A stretch of DNA of 36,403 bases from a virus (lineage: Duplodnaviria > Heunggongvirae > Uroviricota > Caudoviricetes). The DNA is taken from the IMG/VR virus record IMGVR_UViG_2675903318_000021; one strand, written 5' to 3'. Under the pieces are notes generated by a model. The model saw nothing but the letters and a program-made list of their open reading frames with translations. It had not been told where the DNA came from and did not search any database. Shown here piece by piece: positions 9,006 through 18,619 of the stretch. Positions within the stretch are counted from its first letter, which is position 1. The number at the start of each line of letters is the position of its first letter. Made by a program: the position numbers and the translations under genes.

Positions 9006-9500
9006 ATGGCCATGATGATGATCTACGGCATGTTTGTTTTTGAGCTGCGCACGCTGCCGCATCAGCAGTTACAGCAAAACAAAAGCTGGCGGCATGTGAA
9101 AAATGAACGCGTTAACCGTTCAGCAAGCTGGCAGTATATCGGTGCAGGTGATGATCGCATCGTTCTTTCTGGTGTGCTTTATCCTGAAATTACAGGTGGC
9201 GAAGTGTCGCTGTCGCTGCTGACCACGCAGGCGTATACAGGACGACCCTGGCCTTTGATTGATGGCGTCGGGCAGATTTACGGCATGTATGTCCTGACTG
9301 AAACGAATACGACCCGCTCCGAGTTTGATCGCTACGGTAAGGCGAAAAAGATAGAATTTTCACTGACTCTTGAACGCTGTGATGAGGATTTGCGGGAGCG
9401 CCTGCAATCCTCATCGTTCAGCGATATGTTGTCCGGCTTCAAAGATAAGGTGACATCATCCCTTAATAGCGCGGCCAGCTCAGTTAAGGGGCTGCTCTGA
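9006..9500 (+). CDS. U: tail protein gpU-like
   Basis: 164-aa ORF following tape measure with GAGGAG RBS; gpU-like. Confidence 0.85.
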   Translation: MAMMMIYGMFVFELRTLPHQQLQQNKSWRHVKNERVNRSASWQYIGAGDDRIVLSGVLYPEITGGEVSLSLLTTQAYTGRPWPLIDGVGQIYGMYVLTETNTTRSEFDRYGKAKKIEFSLTLERCDEDLRERLQSSSFSDMLSGFKDKVTSSLNSAASSVKGLL

Positions 9501-9656
9501 TTTAACGTATGTCGCCAATTTCCTGATGAAGGTGACTGGCGACTTGCTGTTGTATGTCCTTCTCAGAAAATTGTTTTTGAATAACAAATAACAGGATTTT
9601 ATAATCTCTTAACCTTATAACATGTGTGGTCTGAAATAATAATTAAGGAGATTTTC

Positions 9657-10229
9657 GTGCTGTCTTACTTAATGGCAATTCACTTTGTTTTATTTGGGAA
9701 CTCTACTAATTTAAAAAACTTCTGGAAACATGAAGTAATTCGGCGGAAACGTATGGATATCTGGAGGCTTTTAAGAGAGAAAAAGCAGCGTAACCGGAAT
9801 TTCCTTTTCTGGTGGCGGTTGGCTAACGAAATGTATATTAATGGTAATAAATTACATAAAAAAGCAGCCAAAAAGTTAAACAGTAAAATAATTAACAAAT
9901 TTGGTTGTGAAATAGGATTGGGAGCAAATATTGGAAAAGGGTTAACAATTCCCCATCATGCTGGAATTGTTGTTCATTTTGCTGTTGATGCAGGTGAAAA
10001 TCTGGTATTACGACAGAATACTACGATTGGACAGATAGATGGTGACATACCTGGTTCAAGAGTAAAAATTGGTAGTAACGTTGATATCGGAGCTAATTGT
10101 TGCATCATTGGATTATCACGTAAAATCGGGGATAATGTAAAAATAGGCGCAATGTCTTTTATAAATAAAGATATACCATCGAACTGCACATATATAACTA
10201 AAAAGAGCGGTGTTGTATTGTATAAATAG
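9657..10229 (+). CDS. hexapeptide-repeat (left-handed beta-helix) acetyltransferase, WcaB/CysE-like; cargo gene in the Z/fun-equivalent slot
   Basis: AT-rich ORF; AAGGAG RBS 6 nt before GTG at 9657 (ORF track starts at 9624); repeated [LIV]-G-x-x-x-x hexapeptide pattern (GCEIGLGANIGKG, IGSNVDIGANCCIIG, IGDNVKIGAMSFI). Confidence 0.7.
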   Translation: MLSYLMAIHFVLFGNSTNLKNFWKHEVIRRKRMDIWRLLREKKQRNRNFLFWWRLANEMYINGNKLHKKAAKKLNSKIINKFGCEIGLGANIGKGLTIPHHAGIVVHFAVDAGENLVLRQNTTIGQIDGDIPGSRVKIGSNVDIGANCCIIGLSRKIGDNVKIGAMSFINKDIPSNCTYITKKSGVVLYK

Positions 10230-10236
10230 AGCACAT

Positions 10237-10266
10237 AAAGCCATCGATATTTCTATCGATGGCTTT
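10237..10266. terminator. bidirectional hairpin terminator between acetyltransferase (+) and gene G (-)
   Basis: Perfect inverted repeat AAAGCCATCGATA-TTTC-TATCGATGGCTTT flanked by T runs. Confidence 0.7.
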
Positions 10267-10272
10267 TTCTTT

Positions 10273-10851
10273 TTATTGTGGGGCGACTGGCCACTCAATA
10301 TCCGCTGCTACTGTTGTATCAACACGATTCAACAATACCCGATATGTCTTCCATGCAGCCAGTAACGATGCCTCTTCTTCCGTCGCAATATCCAAATCTA
10401 CAGCATCCTGAAGTGGCGCAATATGCTCGCTAGCTACCTGCATCAGGCTGTTTTTTGTTTCTTCCGCCTCCTGGCTCCGAAACAGTTTTTCTGCTTCTGC
10501 ATCTTTCACCCAGGATGTACCGTTCCACTTCTGAAACTCCCCTTCCGGGGATAACCAGGTGACATTTTCCGGTAATGGGCCAAGTTCAGAAATAAATAAC
10601 GCGTCGCCGGAAGCCACGTCATAGACGGTATAACCCCGATGGTCTTCAACGAGATGCCACGATGCCTCATCAGTGTTGAAAACAGCCACGAAGCCAGCCG
10701 GAATATCTGGCGGTGCAATATCGGTACTGTTTGCAGGTAGACCTGTATGAGGTGGAATATATGCGTCACCGTCACCAATAAATTCATTAGTTCCGGCCAG
10801 CAGATTATAAATTTTGAGGGTTCGTGATTGTTTACTCATTCTGAATGCCAT
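10273..10851 (-). CDS. G: tail fibre assembly protein (gpG-like)
   Basis: 192-aa ORF directly downstream of the fibre gene with overlapping stop/start. Confidence 0.8.
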   Translation of the reverse strand: MAFRMSKQSRTLKIYNLLAGTNEFIGDGDAYIPPHTGLPANSTDIAPPDIPAGFVAVFNTDEASWHLVEDHRGYTVYDVASGDALFISELGPLPENVTWLSPEGEFQKWNGTSWVKDAEAEKLFRSQEAEETKNSLMQVASEHIAPLQDAVDLDIATEEEASLLAAWKTYRVLLNRVDTTVAADIEWPVAPQ

Positions 10852-13121
10852 TATGCAAGCCTCACAATATAGTTAAATGCGATGTTTTTGACGGTGTTTT
10901 CCGCGTTACCAGCAGCGTTTACGGTGATGGTGTGTCCATGTGAGCCAATCGCAACGGAGTGCGTGTGTGCACCAATACCGACAGTGTGCTGATGAGAACC
11001 AATACCTACAGTATGAGAATGTGAGCCAGAGGAACCTGTTGTTGCTGATGTATATTGAGTTGCCAGACGCCCAGATGTCAGTGGAATTTTCCCCCACTGG
11101 TTTGCACCATCTGATGTTGGTATTGAATGCGTGTGACTCCCGGCGTTACTGGTAGTTTTGGTCCCATAGTCAAATAGTGAGGTTGTTTTCGTCCCGTAAT
11201 CAAACGACGATGTGGTTTTCGTACCCAAATCCGTACTGGATACGCTGGCGCTGTGGGTGTGCGATTTAATGCCGTCCTGTTCCTGAGACAATACGGCACG
11301 ACCACTGGCGGGCTTGCCCTTAATCGTCCAGCCACGCATATCAGGGATCACGCCTGACGGATAAGCGGCTGCAAGTTTCGGGTAGGCAGATTTGTCAAAA
11401 GTCTGCCCCTGCATCAGGGCATAACCAGACGGAACGGTATCTGATGGCCACGGGATTGGTGCACCGACTGGATAAAACTCTGCAGGAGGATGAGCCGAGG
11501 TGTAAAGCTGCGCCCACGGCGACCAGTTTGCGTCGGTCGTATCCCGTCGTGAACGAATAAATGCCGGAGCATGAGCACCGCTTGTACCACTCCAGCCGAT
11601 GAGTAACTCACCTTCGCCAACGGCTGTCATCCCTTTCAGGTGAATGATATTTCCATACGCTGTTGGATATCCGTTGTTATACACCTCGTATAACTCAAGA
11701 CCTGTTGCCCCCTGCGTATTGTCTGTCAGCGCGGTTACCTGACCTTTTGAAGCCAGATTAACTGATGATACTGCTGTTCCACCTGACGGTAACGCCCCGA
11801 TCTCTGATGCCGTTGGCTTATTTCTGGAGTTATAGTCCCTTCGCCAGCCAGGTGAATAATCTGTTCCGTGATTAATATAGGTAAACTGGGCGTTAGTTGT
11901 TCCACCACCAGTGGAGGTGGTCGGTGTGGTAATGCGGATCGTCATCGCTGACTTTATCCCCATTACTTCAATGACAGCTCCGGCGAGATGAATATTACCG
12001 CAGTCAGTATCAGTAATGATTTTATTATTGCCATAAGACCAGGAACCCTTGCACATCCAGTATGGATGGTTAAATGCTCCCTGAGAATCCAGCCACTCGA
12101 TAAACTGTGCAGTCGTCCAGTTTCCTGTTGTTGTGCTTACTGACCCACCGAAGGCACGGCAGGCACCAATATTTTTCGTAAAGGTGTCTTTGCCAGGGAT
12201 ATCCGCACCGTTCTGATCTTTCTGCAGACGTTTCTCAGCATTGTCATAGGCTGTTTTTACTGCCTTTGGTGTCGCGGCAAGCGTTTCAGATGTGCTGTTG
12301 GTCGCGCTGCTTAGCTGGATTATCCCTTTCTGTGCTGTTGTTGCATCCTGTGCGGTGTATTTCCCGTTAGCCAGGTCATAGGCTGCCTTTACCGCCTTTG
12401 GTGTTGCCGCCAGCGTTTCTGAATCGCTGTTGGTGGCGCTACTGAGCTGGACAATGCCTTTTCGCGCTGTAGTGGCGTCCTGTGCGGTATATTTCCCGTT
12501 AGCAAGGTCATAGGCTGCCTTGACCGCTTTCGGCGTTGCGGCCAGTGCTTCAGACGTGCTGTTGGTGGCGCTACTGAGTTGAACAAAGCCTTTTGCGGTC
12601 AGCGAGGCGTCCGGGTGACGTCGTGACTGTTCATGTTCTTTCAGTTTGTCATTCACGTAATCCACTGTGGCCATAACCATGGTGTTATCCACGGTAAGCG
12701 CCACGGTGGCAGTGCTGGATACGGTCAGAATGGTGCGAAATGTTTGTGCACGTCCGGATCCTTCGGCAACGGCTGGCTTGTAACTTTCGGCAGTATTGCC
12801 CACCGCGATCAAATCGCCGTGCTCATCAAATACACCAATTTCCCGGATCCAGAATCCGCCCGTTTCAGGAGGAATAACCAGCTCCGCAATAATGCGGTTC
12901 TGATGTGTTGCGTCCAGGATGACGCGATTAACAGTATGTCGCCACACCTCATGCACCAGACGGGTCTGCTTACTGTCTGGTGTGGGCAACGTGCCGCCAC
13001 CGTCGCCCACGGCCATGTGAGTCAGGTGGACAGGATTACCATCTGGCGCGGCTGCCTGAGCTAATTTTTTGGCACCAGTATCAGTGATAATGGTTTTAAA
13101 TTTTCGTGTTGTGGTACTCAT
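10851..13121 (-). CDS. H: long tail fibre protein (gpH-like) with internal tandem repeats and His-rich C-terminal repeats
   Basis: 756-aa ORF; conserved P2 H-like N-terminus; three 44-aa tandem repeats; C-terminal HTHS/HxH and [10 protein letters not shown] repeats. Confidence 0.85.
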   Translation of the reverse strand: MSTTTRKFKTIITDTGAKKLAQAAAPDGNPVHLTHMAVGDGGGTLPTPDSKQTRLVHEVWRHTVNRVILDATHQNRIIAELVIPPETGGFWIREIGVFDEHGDLIAVGNTAESYKPAVAEGSGRAQTFRTILTVSSTATVALTVDNTMVMATVDYVNDKLKEHEQSRRHPDASLTAKGFVQLSSATNSTSEALAATPKAVKAAYDLANGKYTAQDATTARKGIVQLSSATNSDSETLAATPKAVKAAYDLANGKYTAQDATTAQKGIIQLSSATNSTSETLAATPKAVKTAYDNAEKRLQKDQNGADIPGKDTFTKNIGACRAFGGSVSTTTGNWTTAQFIEWLDSQGAFNHPYWMCKGSWSYGNNKIITDTDCGNIHLAGAVIEVMGIKSAMTIRITTPTTSTGGGTTNAQFTYINHGTDYSPGWRRDYNSRNKPTASEIGALPSGGTAVSSVNLASKGQVTALTDNTQGATGLELYEVYNNGYPTAYGNIIHLKGMTAVGEGELLIGWSGTSGAHAPAFIRSRRDTTDANWSPWAQLYTSAHPPAEFYPVGAPIPWPSDTVPSGYALMQGQTFDKSAYPKLAAAYPSGVIPDMRGWTIKGKPASGRAVLSQEQDGIKSHTHSASVSSTDLGTKTTSSFDYGTKTTSLFDYGTKTTSNAGSHTHSIPTSDGANQWGKIPLTSGRLATQYTSATTGSSGSHSHTVGIGSHQHTVGIGAHTHSVAIGSHGHTITVNAAGNAENTVKNIAFNYIVRLA
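12243..12620. repeat. three tandem ~132-bp repeats inside the tail fibre gene (encode 44-aa repeat VQLSSATNS...[10 protein letters not shown])
   Basis: Direct visual alignment of three consecutive units starting at about 12243, 12375 and 12507. Confidence 0.8.
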
Positions 13122-13123
13122 GC

Positions 13124-13654
13124 TTAATCGTCCGGATAAATGGTAATGACTTCACCGTCGTAAGTTGCTGCCGCCGCGAAAATATCCCCCGGGATCTCCT
13201 GAATGATATTCAGCCCTGTCATGTGGCGGCTGACCGGGCGGGCATCAGCAATCAACCGCTCCATTTCCAGATACATTTCCTCCGTCACGCCACTGTCCAG
13301 CGTGCCGACTTCAACGGTAAATGTTCCCGGTTCTCCGCCGAACTCCCACCACTCAGACACACGAATGAGGTATCCCAGCGGCTCAATGGCCCGGCGCAGT
13401 GCGCTGATGGTCCCTTTGTGTCGGTGTATCAGCCATGCATCACGAATAACCTGTCGCTTTGTCTCTTCCGGCCAGTTGCGATCCCAGCGGTCAACGGAAA
13501 ATGCCCAGGCGAGATAAGGCAGCAGATGCACCGGGCAGGTGTCCGGCGACCACAGCGTGTTGAGGTCTACCGGAATGTCTGTAATGCGCGTTCCGACAGC
13601 TTCGGCACAACGCATGAAATTGCTGGCTGATGGCGGTAACAGTGAATTACTCAT
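13124..13654 (-). CDS. I: baseplate protein gpI-like
   Basis: 176 aa from Met at 13654 (ORF track start 13687 would overlap J by 41 nt); position between J and H. Confidence 0.8.
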   Translation of the reverse strand: MSNSLLPPSASNFMRCAEAVGTRITDIPVDLNTLWSPDTCPVHLLPYLAWAFSVDRWDRNWPEETKRQVIRDAWLIHRHKGTISALRRAIEPLGYLIRVSEWWEFGGEPGTFTVEVGTLDSGVTEEMYLEMERLIADARPVSRHMTGLNIIQEIPGDIFAAAATYDGEVITIYPDD

Positions 13655-14543
13655 TACGCCCACCTTCGCTGATGGTGAATGACTCACAGCGCGCCGCCTG
13701 TATGTCGCTGATGGCCATATTCTGTGTGGGTTCGATTATCTCCACGCGTTGCACACCGTGCACATGCAGTGCGGCAGCAATGGCTGACAACGCCACGTCC
13801 TGACCGATAAGCCCCTGCTCAGACAGCCACTTCCTGAACGACGATTCCGCCGCGGCCAGAATAGGTTCGGATTCCGGGCCGGGGTAAAAGTACAGTTTTG
13901 CATTCAGCCGCCATGTCACGATTCTGGCGCTCTGTACAGTAAGGCGGTCGGCCACCGGGCGGGTATCCTCTGCATTCAGAACAGCGCGAACGGTATTAAG
14001 CAACGCCTCCGTTGCTGTGCCGTCGCCCTCTGTGGACAGGATGGAAACCGTCACACAGGCCGGAGACGGGCTGATGGCCCGCGCATCACGCACCAGACCG
14101 CTGGCGCTGCGTGCAAAATACTCGTATGCGCCTGACGGGCCTGCAACACTCAGGCCGTCATACGCCCGCTGCGCCCGCAGTCTCAGCGAGGTGTCGCTCT
14201 CCATCACCGCGTCGGTGGTACCCGTTGCCGGAGTGATAACCAGGCGCTTTGTGTTCATATTGCCCGCGAGGTTGTCCAGGTTTGTCCCTGAACCGTGGCT
14301 TAACATGCAGGCGCGTGCGCCCTCGTTAACCCGCTGGCGTAACAGCATTTCACGAAACGACATGGTTTGAGCGATAACGTTAAGGGGTTCCGATTCCAGC
14401 TCCAGCGCGGCGGAAACGGCTTCACGCTGTTCGGCGGGATAGGACGCAATCATCATGGCCTTTGTGTCAGCCAGAATTGCCTCAAAGTCAGGCTCCGCGA
14501 TGATGGCGGGTTCCGGTAACTGGGAAAGGTCAACGGCAGGCAT
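13647..14543 (-). CDS. J: baseplate J-like protein
   Basis: 298-aa ORF, P2 gpJ-like size and position. Confidence 0.85.
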   Translation of the reverse strand: MPAVDLSQLPEPAIIAEPDFEAILADTKAMMIASYPAEQREAVSAALELESEPLNVIAQTMSFREMLLRQRVNEGARACMLSHGSGTNLDNLAGNMNTKRLVITPATGTTDAVMESDTSLRLRAQRAYDGLSVAGPSGAYEYFARSASGLVRDARAISPSPACVTVSILSTEGDGTATEALLNTVRAVLNAEDTRPVADRLTVQSARIVTWRLNAKLYFYPGPESEPILAAAESSFRKWLSEQGLIGQDVALSAIAAALHVHGVQRVEIIEPTQNMAISDIQAARCESFTISEGGRNE

Positions 14544-14546
14544 GAT

Positions 14547-14897
14547 TTACTCTCTCAGCGTGATGGTTAATTCAACATTCTGCATGGTCTGCATGACAGT
14601 GCCCGACAGCGTCACCCCGGCGCGGCCTCCTGCCTTCCAGACAACGTCGATGGCGTCCAGGGCAATGCGGGGTTCCCATCGTGTCAGTGCAATCACGGCA
14701 GCGCTCATGCATTGCAGACGCGTGGTGTTATTCATGGGTTCGTCAATCAAATCAGGCACAAGGCTGCCATATTCCCGTCGCATAACCCGGCTTGCCAGCG
14801 GGGTGGTCAGGATGTCCCTGACTGACTGTTTCAGGTGCTCCATATCGTTCAGGTTTCCCGTTCCGTCCGGATTCATTCCTGTGTAGCGGGTTGTCAC
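14547..14897 (-). CDS. W: baseplate protein gpW-like (gp25/W family)
   Basis: 116-aa ORF between V and J. Confidence 0.8.
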   Translation of the reverse strand: MTTRYTGMNPDGTGNLNDMEHLKQSVRDILTTPLASRVMRREYGSLVPDLIDEPMNNTTRLQCMSAAVIALTRWEPRIALDAIDVVWKAGGRAGVTLSGTVMQTMQNVELTITLRE

Positions 14898-15475
14898 TGC
14901 GGGCCTCCTGTCGAATCGCTGCCACCTTTAACGCCACCGTGCTTATGCGTATGCACTGTGATGCCGTTTGAGGTGAAATCGCCGCCACTGTGCGTGATAT
15001 TGCCGCTCATCTTTCCCCCTTTTGTGACGTCAATCTCGGCTGTTTTCAGAAGGTTTGTGCATTCCACGACGGGCGTATCCAGTTTCACGCTGACGGATGC
15101 CTGCAAAGTGGCCGTTTTCATGCCGCTGGCACTCAGTGCGCCTGCGTCCGCGTCGTAGCGGAACACCGCGCCGTCCGGCGCGCTGACCACGATTTCTTTC
15201 AGGCTTTTGCCGGGTGCCGGACTGGCATCACTCCACAGGCTGCCAATTATCATGGCGGTTTCCGGGTTGCCGCCAATGCAGGCAATTACCACCTGTTCGC
15301 CGGGTGATGGCGGCAGCCACACATTGAAGGCTCCCGCGCGCGTGGTGTTCCAGCGCAACCAGCCTGTTTCCAGTTCGCCGCTGCGAACGCGCACGCACCA
15401 GGACTTCTCATCAACTTCAGAGATAATCCCGGTGCGGATGATGTTGCTCAGCAGTCGCATGAGTTCTGCGCTCAC
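14894..15475 (-). CDS. V: baseplate spike/assembly protein gpV-like
   Basis: 193-aa ORF, Gly-rich C-terminus, position upstream of W. Confidence 0.8.
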   Translation of the reverse strand: MSAELMRLLSNIIRTGIISEVDEKSWCVRVRSGELETGWLRWNTTRAGAFNVWLPPSPGEQVVIACIGGNPETAMIIGSLWSDASPAPGKSLKEIVVSAPDGAVFRYDADAGALSASGMKTATLQASVSVKLDTPVVECTNLLKTAEIDVTKGGKMSGNITHSGGDFTSNGITVHTHKHGGVKGGSDSTGGPQ

Positions 15476-16116
15476 CGTACAGCCTCCGCAATCCGGCCCA
15501 GCACCGTGTTATAAATCAGGCGTTCATCTGCCTGGCTGATACCCAGCAGCTCACGTACCGGGTAATCGGTGAAAATGCCCGGCGCAACCTGATCGCGCTC
15601 ACCGAACTGATGAACGCGTGCAATACGTGCAGCCACGCCGCTGTAACCCACCGTCACACCGGAAGCATCTGCACGGGCTTTCAGGTAGCGGGCGGTGCGC
15701 AGTTTTACGAACATGGGGACGCGCTTTGTGCTGTCCTGGTTGATGCGCCGGGTGCGTATTTCCAGAAAACGGTCGATGTCATCCCGGTAAAACGTGCGGA
15801 TATTGTTTTTATCCTCATCCCACCCGGTAATGGTTCGCCCGTATTTCCCCGTGTCGTGATGCCAGTTTTTCAGCGTGCGTGCTTCGTTATTCCAGATAAA
15901 GCGAATGCGCTCCTGTATCCGGGTTACGCGGCGTCTGCGTGGTGTCCATGCGGTCCCGTCCGGCGCTTTCTGTGACCGGATGCGCGCCTGCTGGGCGCGG
16001 CGTAAATCCTGTGCCAGCTTTCTGGCGATGTTATTGATGGCCTGCTGATTCAGGCTGTCGCGGATGGCCTCAAAGGTTTCATCCACGCGGGTGAATGCCT
16101 TATCCATCGCTTTCAC
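15472..16116 (-). CDS. S: tail completion / virion morphogenesis protein gpS-like
   Basis: 214-aa ORF between R and V; basic N-terminus. Confidence 0.7.
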   Translation of the reverse strand: MKAMDKAFTRVDETFEAIRDSLNQQAINNIARKLAQDLRRAQQARIRSQKAPDGTAWTPRRRRVTRIQERIRFIWNNEARTLKNWHHDTGKYGRTITGWDEDKNNIRTFYRDDIDRFLEIRTRRINQDSTKRVPMFVKLRTARYLKARADASGVTVGYSGVAARIARVHQFGERDQVAPGIFTDYPVRELLGISQADERLIYNTVLGRIAEAVR

Positions 16117-16567
16117 CCCACGTCACATCCTGGAATACATGCGACCAGTCGCCTTCGGAAGAGGGCAGACGGGGTTTTGGCTCCGGCAGGTGTTCTGCCT
16201 GCGGTGTCCCCTGACTGTTGCGCGTAATGCGAACGCGTTCCCGCAGGGGGAGCGTAAACAGGAGATCGGCGCTGTCATCGTCATTGATAACGGCGGAGAA
16301 TTTGATGTCCTGATTACGCTCAGGGTTGAGCAACAACTGTGGCTGATTTTCGGATAACCACGCCAGTAGCGGCAGCGTGAGGTCGTCCAGCTCCCCGGCG
16401 TAATCCATGACAAACATCACCATCTGATAGCGGTAAACAAACGAGGGCGTTTCTCCGGTCGTTTCAATGTTGCCGCTCTCCACGAAAATGGTGAATTTTT
16501 CCGGGTTGGCCTGACACCATCGGCATGAACGGGTCATGGCTTCACGCAGGGAATCAGTTTTCAGCAT
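16100..16567 (-). CDS. R: tail completion protein gpR-like
   Basis: 155-aa ORF (same length as P2 R) downstream of lysis genes. Confidence 0.75.
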   Translation of the reverse strand: MLKTDSLREAMTRSCRWCQANPEKFTIFVESGNIETTGETPSFVYRYQMVMFVMDYAGELDDLTLPLLAWLSENQPQLLLNPERNQDIKFSAVINDDDSADLLFTLPLRERVRITRNSQGTPQAEHLPEPKPRLPSSEGDWSHVFQDVTWGESDG

Positions 16568-16844
16568 GGTTGTTGTCCTCGTTGTTCAGTCGTTGCAGCC
16601 GGCGCTGTTCCAGTAATTCAATGGCCCGTTTATCCGCGTTACAGGTTTCCAGTGCATCCAGAAGGCGGTCGCCCCATATACCGAGATTTCCCCATGTGGG
16701 AGTATCAGGGAAGGGGGGAGGCATTACCGGTATGGTCAGCGTCTGCGGTATAAGCCGGACTGACGGCGCTGGCCGTGGCGCGTTCTGCGTGCCTGCGCAA
16801 CCTGTCAGTAAAACGAGCGTCAGGCAAAGCGTGGGCGCATTCAT
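16554..16844 (-). CDS. outer-membrane spanin lipoprotein (Rz1/LysC-like), nested in +1 frame within the i-spanin gene
   Basis: From Met MNAPTLCLTLVLLTGCAG: lipobox LLTGC, Pro-rich mature region; overlaps 3' end of the Rz-like ORF. Confidence 0.65.
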   Translation of the reverse strand: MNAPTLCLTLVLLTGCAGTQNAPRPAPSVRLIPQTLTIPVMPPPFPDTPTWGNLGIWGDRLLDALETCNADKRAIELLEQRRLQRLNNEDNNHAEN

Positions 16845-17112
16845 CTTTTGCAATATCGTTGCGTAGCTGTTCACGTCTGGCCTCTCCGTCCTGATTGCGT
16901 TGCTGATTTTCCGCGCGGAGTTGTGCCAGCACCTGCTGCATATCCTGTACCCCGGCGCTGATGATATTCAGGGTGTCGGCGGTACTTTTCAGGGCGCTGG
17001 CCTGCGCTTCGTTTCTGGCGTTCTCCCGACCCAGCGACCACGACAGACGCATGGATGTTCCCCATGCGGCAATCAGAAGGAAAGCGACACCCAGCGTGGG
17101 CCAGAGCTTCAT
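16705..17112 (-). CDS. inner-membrane spanin (Rz/LysB-like)
   Basis: From Met MKLWPTLGVAFLLIAAW (N-terminal TM) then coiled-coil; ATGA overlap with endolysin stop. Confidence 0.7.
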   Translation of the reverse strand: MKLWPTLGVAFLLIAAWGTSMRLSWSLGRENARNEAQASALKSTADTLNIISAGVQDMQQVLAQLRAENQQRNQDGEARREQLRNDIAKDECAHALPDARFTDRLRRHAERATASAVSPAYTADADHTGNASPLP

Positions 17113-17501
17113 GCCGGATAGGCTCCGTGTGGTAACTGAAAATGCGGTCCGTCTTTCAGGGTCTTCCAGTCTCCGCCCCATTCCACCGGAATATTCAGTT
17201 CCCGGCTGGCCTGTCTGAATGCTGCTGCGATTTTTTCGTACTGCGGCCATTCCCATGACACCTGGCTGCCGACATAAGCCACAACATCCACGGCATGCCC
17301 CGTAAGGTGGCGGCTGTTCATGGTCTGGCTCTTACCCGTGGCCACAAGTTGCTTCTGGCGGTAACGGCTGCGCACCCCTTCGGTGATACCAAAATCCACT
17401 TCCGAGATTTCCAGTGCCCGTCGGGTCACTTTCACCAGATCAGGATTTACACCCTGCAAATTCTTTTCGCTCCGGCTGCTGAATTTAAATGTGTTGCTCA
17501 T
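17109..17501 (-). CDS. endolysin, peptidase M15-type (zinc D-Ala-D-Ala carboxypeptidase-like fold)
   Basis: 130-aa ORF with SRHLTGHAVD and DGPHFQL motifs (His/Asp metal ligands typical of M15 peptidases); between holin and spanins. Confidence 0.7.
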   Translation of the reverse strand: MSNTFKFSSRSEKNLQGVNPDLVKVTRRALEISEVDFGITEGVRSRYRQKQLVATGKSQTMNSRHLTGHAVDVVAYVGSQVSWEWPQYEKIAAAFRQASRELNIPVEWGGDWKTLKDGPHFQLPHGAYPA

Positions 17502-17819
17502 TCGTCCTTCTCCTTCACCCTGCGATTAAAGGCCGCAATAACCTTGTCGCGTGCTTTCTCTGCGCCCATAAAACCGATTGATGCGCCGATAAACGTCACG
17601 GCATCTTCAGGAAACCCGAAGAAGCGCAACGACCCGGCCACGGCCATGGCAAGAACGCCGCACGCCAGCGATCCCGTTACGGTCTGAACCAGTGTTCGTC
17701 CGTCATAAAGACTCATCAGCGCGGAAATGCTGACTGCCGCGCCTACTGCATACACCGTTGGCAGGTGGTCAAAGAGCCACGCAATAACCTGCTCTGTGAT
17801 CCCTGTTTGAATGGTGCTC
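17498..17819 (-). CDS. holin candidate
   Basis: About 107 aa from GTG at 17819 (GGGGGAG RBS); hydrophobic TM segments; N-terminal 70 codons of the listed 180-aa ORF overlap gene X and are treated as spurious. Confidence 0.55.
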
Positions 17820-17823
17820 ACTG

Positions 17824-18030
17824 CTACTCCCCCCACAACTGAATCATTTCTCGTTTCTTCTTCTCCGGCTCCGGCATCTCCACTTCCTGCCCGGCGTCCA
17901 GAAATACCTGCTGACAGAGTCCGGGGTTGGCATCCAGCACCTTTTCGGTGACGCCCTGCGTCGTGCCGTAGTACCGGAAACAGAGCGAATCCACGGTGTC
18001 GCCTTCCAGTGCCTTCACTTTCATCAGCAC
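17824..18030 (-). CDS. X: tail protein gpX-like
   Basis: 68-aa ORF MLMKVKALEGDTVDSLCFRYYG... resembling P2 gpX; located between L and holin as in P2. Confidence 0.75.
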   Translation of the reverse strand: MLMKVKALEGDTVDSLCFRYYGTTQGVTEKVLDANPGLCQQVFLDAGQEVEMPEPEKKKREMIQLWGE

Positions 18031-18527
18031 AGCTCCGCAAAGATTCGCGGGCGGCGCAGAATGTCAGAGATGGCCCAGCTCACATCGCGCCACAAATCCG
18101 ATGTCTGTATATCCAGTGCGTCCGCCCGGCGGTCGCCCTTATCCGTTGTGTCCGCATCGCGGTAACGCTCCAGAATCAGGGCGCGTGTGGCGGTATAAAC
18201 AGCATTGCGCCAGTGCCAGAGATTGACGCTTTCTCCGTTAATTACGGGGGCCGGAACATCGGCCAGCGTCTGATGGCCAGCCGCCTGCTGTTCCTGCTGC
18301 CACGCTTCCAGCTCGCGGGTAACGTGTGCCACGGCCCCGGTGGCGGTATGCAGCAGGCGGGAGGTGGTCACGCGGCCCGGCAGTCGTATCGCCAGACGCA
18401 GCTCACGCAGCACAATATCCGGCCAGAATGCACCCGCTGAAATACGGGTATCACCATCATCGGTATCGGTGATGTCGTCCTCTGCGGGTCCGGGGTTGGT
18501 TCTGGCAACCATACTCATGGGGTTCAC
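18024..18527 (-). CDS. L: head completion/stabilisation protein gpL-like
   Basis: 167-aa ORF downstream of M. Confidence 0.8.
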   Translation of the reverse strand: MNPMSMVARTNPGPAEDDITDTDDGDTRISAGAFWPDIVLRELRLAIRLPGRVTTSRLLHTATGAVAHVTRELEAWQQEQQAAGHQTLADVPAPVINGESVNLWHWRNAVYTATRALILERYRDADTTDKGDRRADALDIQTSDLWRDVSWAISDILRRPRIFAELC

Positions 18528-18619
18528 TCCTGAAAAAATCGGGCGGTGGGTGCGCGGTGTAAACGGTCACGGAGTCAAACCGGAACACCGCGCACGCCGC
18601 CCGCTGACGGGGTCAGTCG

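Noticed and set aside
3886-9511. Short direct repeat ATTTAACG at both ends of the FI-U block (3888-3897 and 9500-9508)
   Set aside because: Only 8-10 bp, in direct not inverted orientation, and expected by chance between two ~150-bp regions; not convincing as an inversion recombination site
17820-18040. N-terminal 70 codons of the listed 180-aa holin ORF
   Set aside because: This part overlaps gene X in another frame and reads as Arg/Gly-rich non-protein-like sequence; a GTG start with RBS at 17819 gives a holin-sized product
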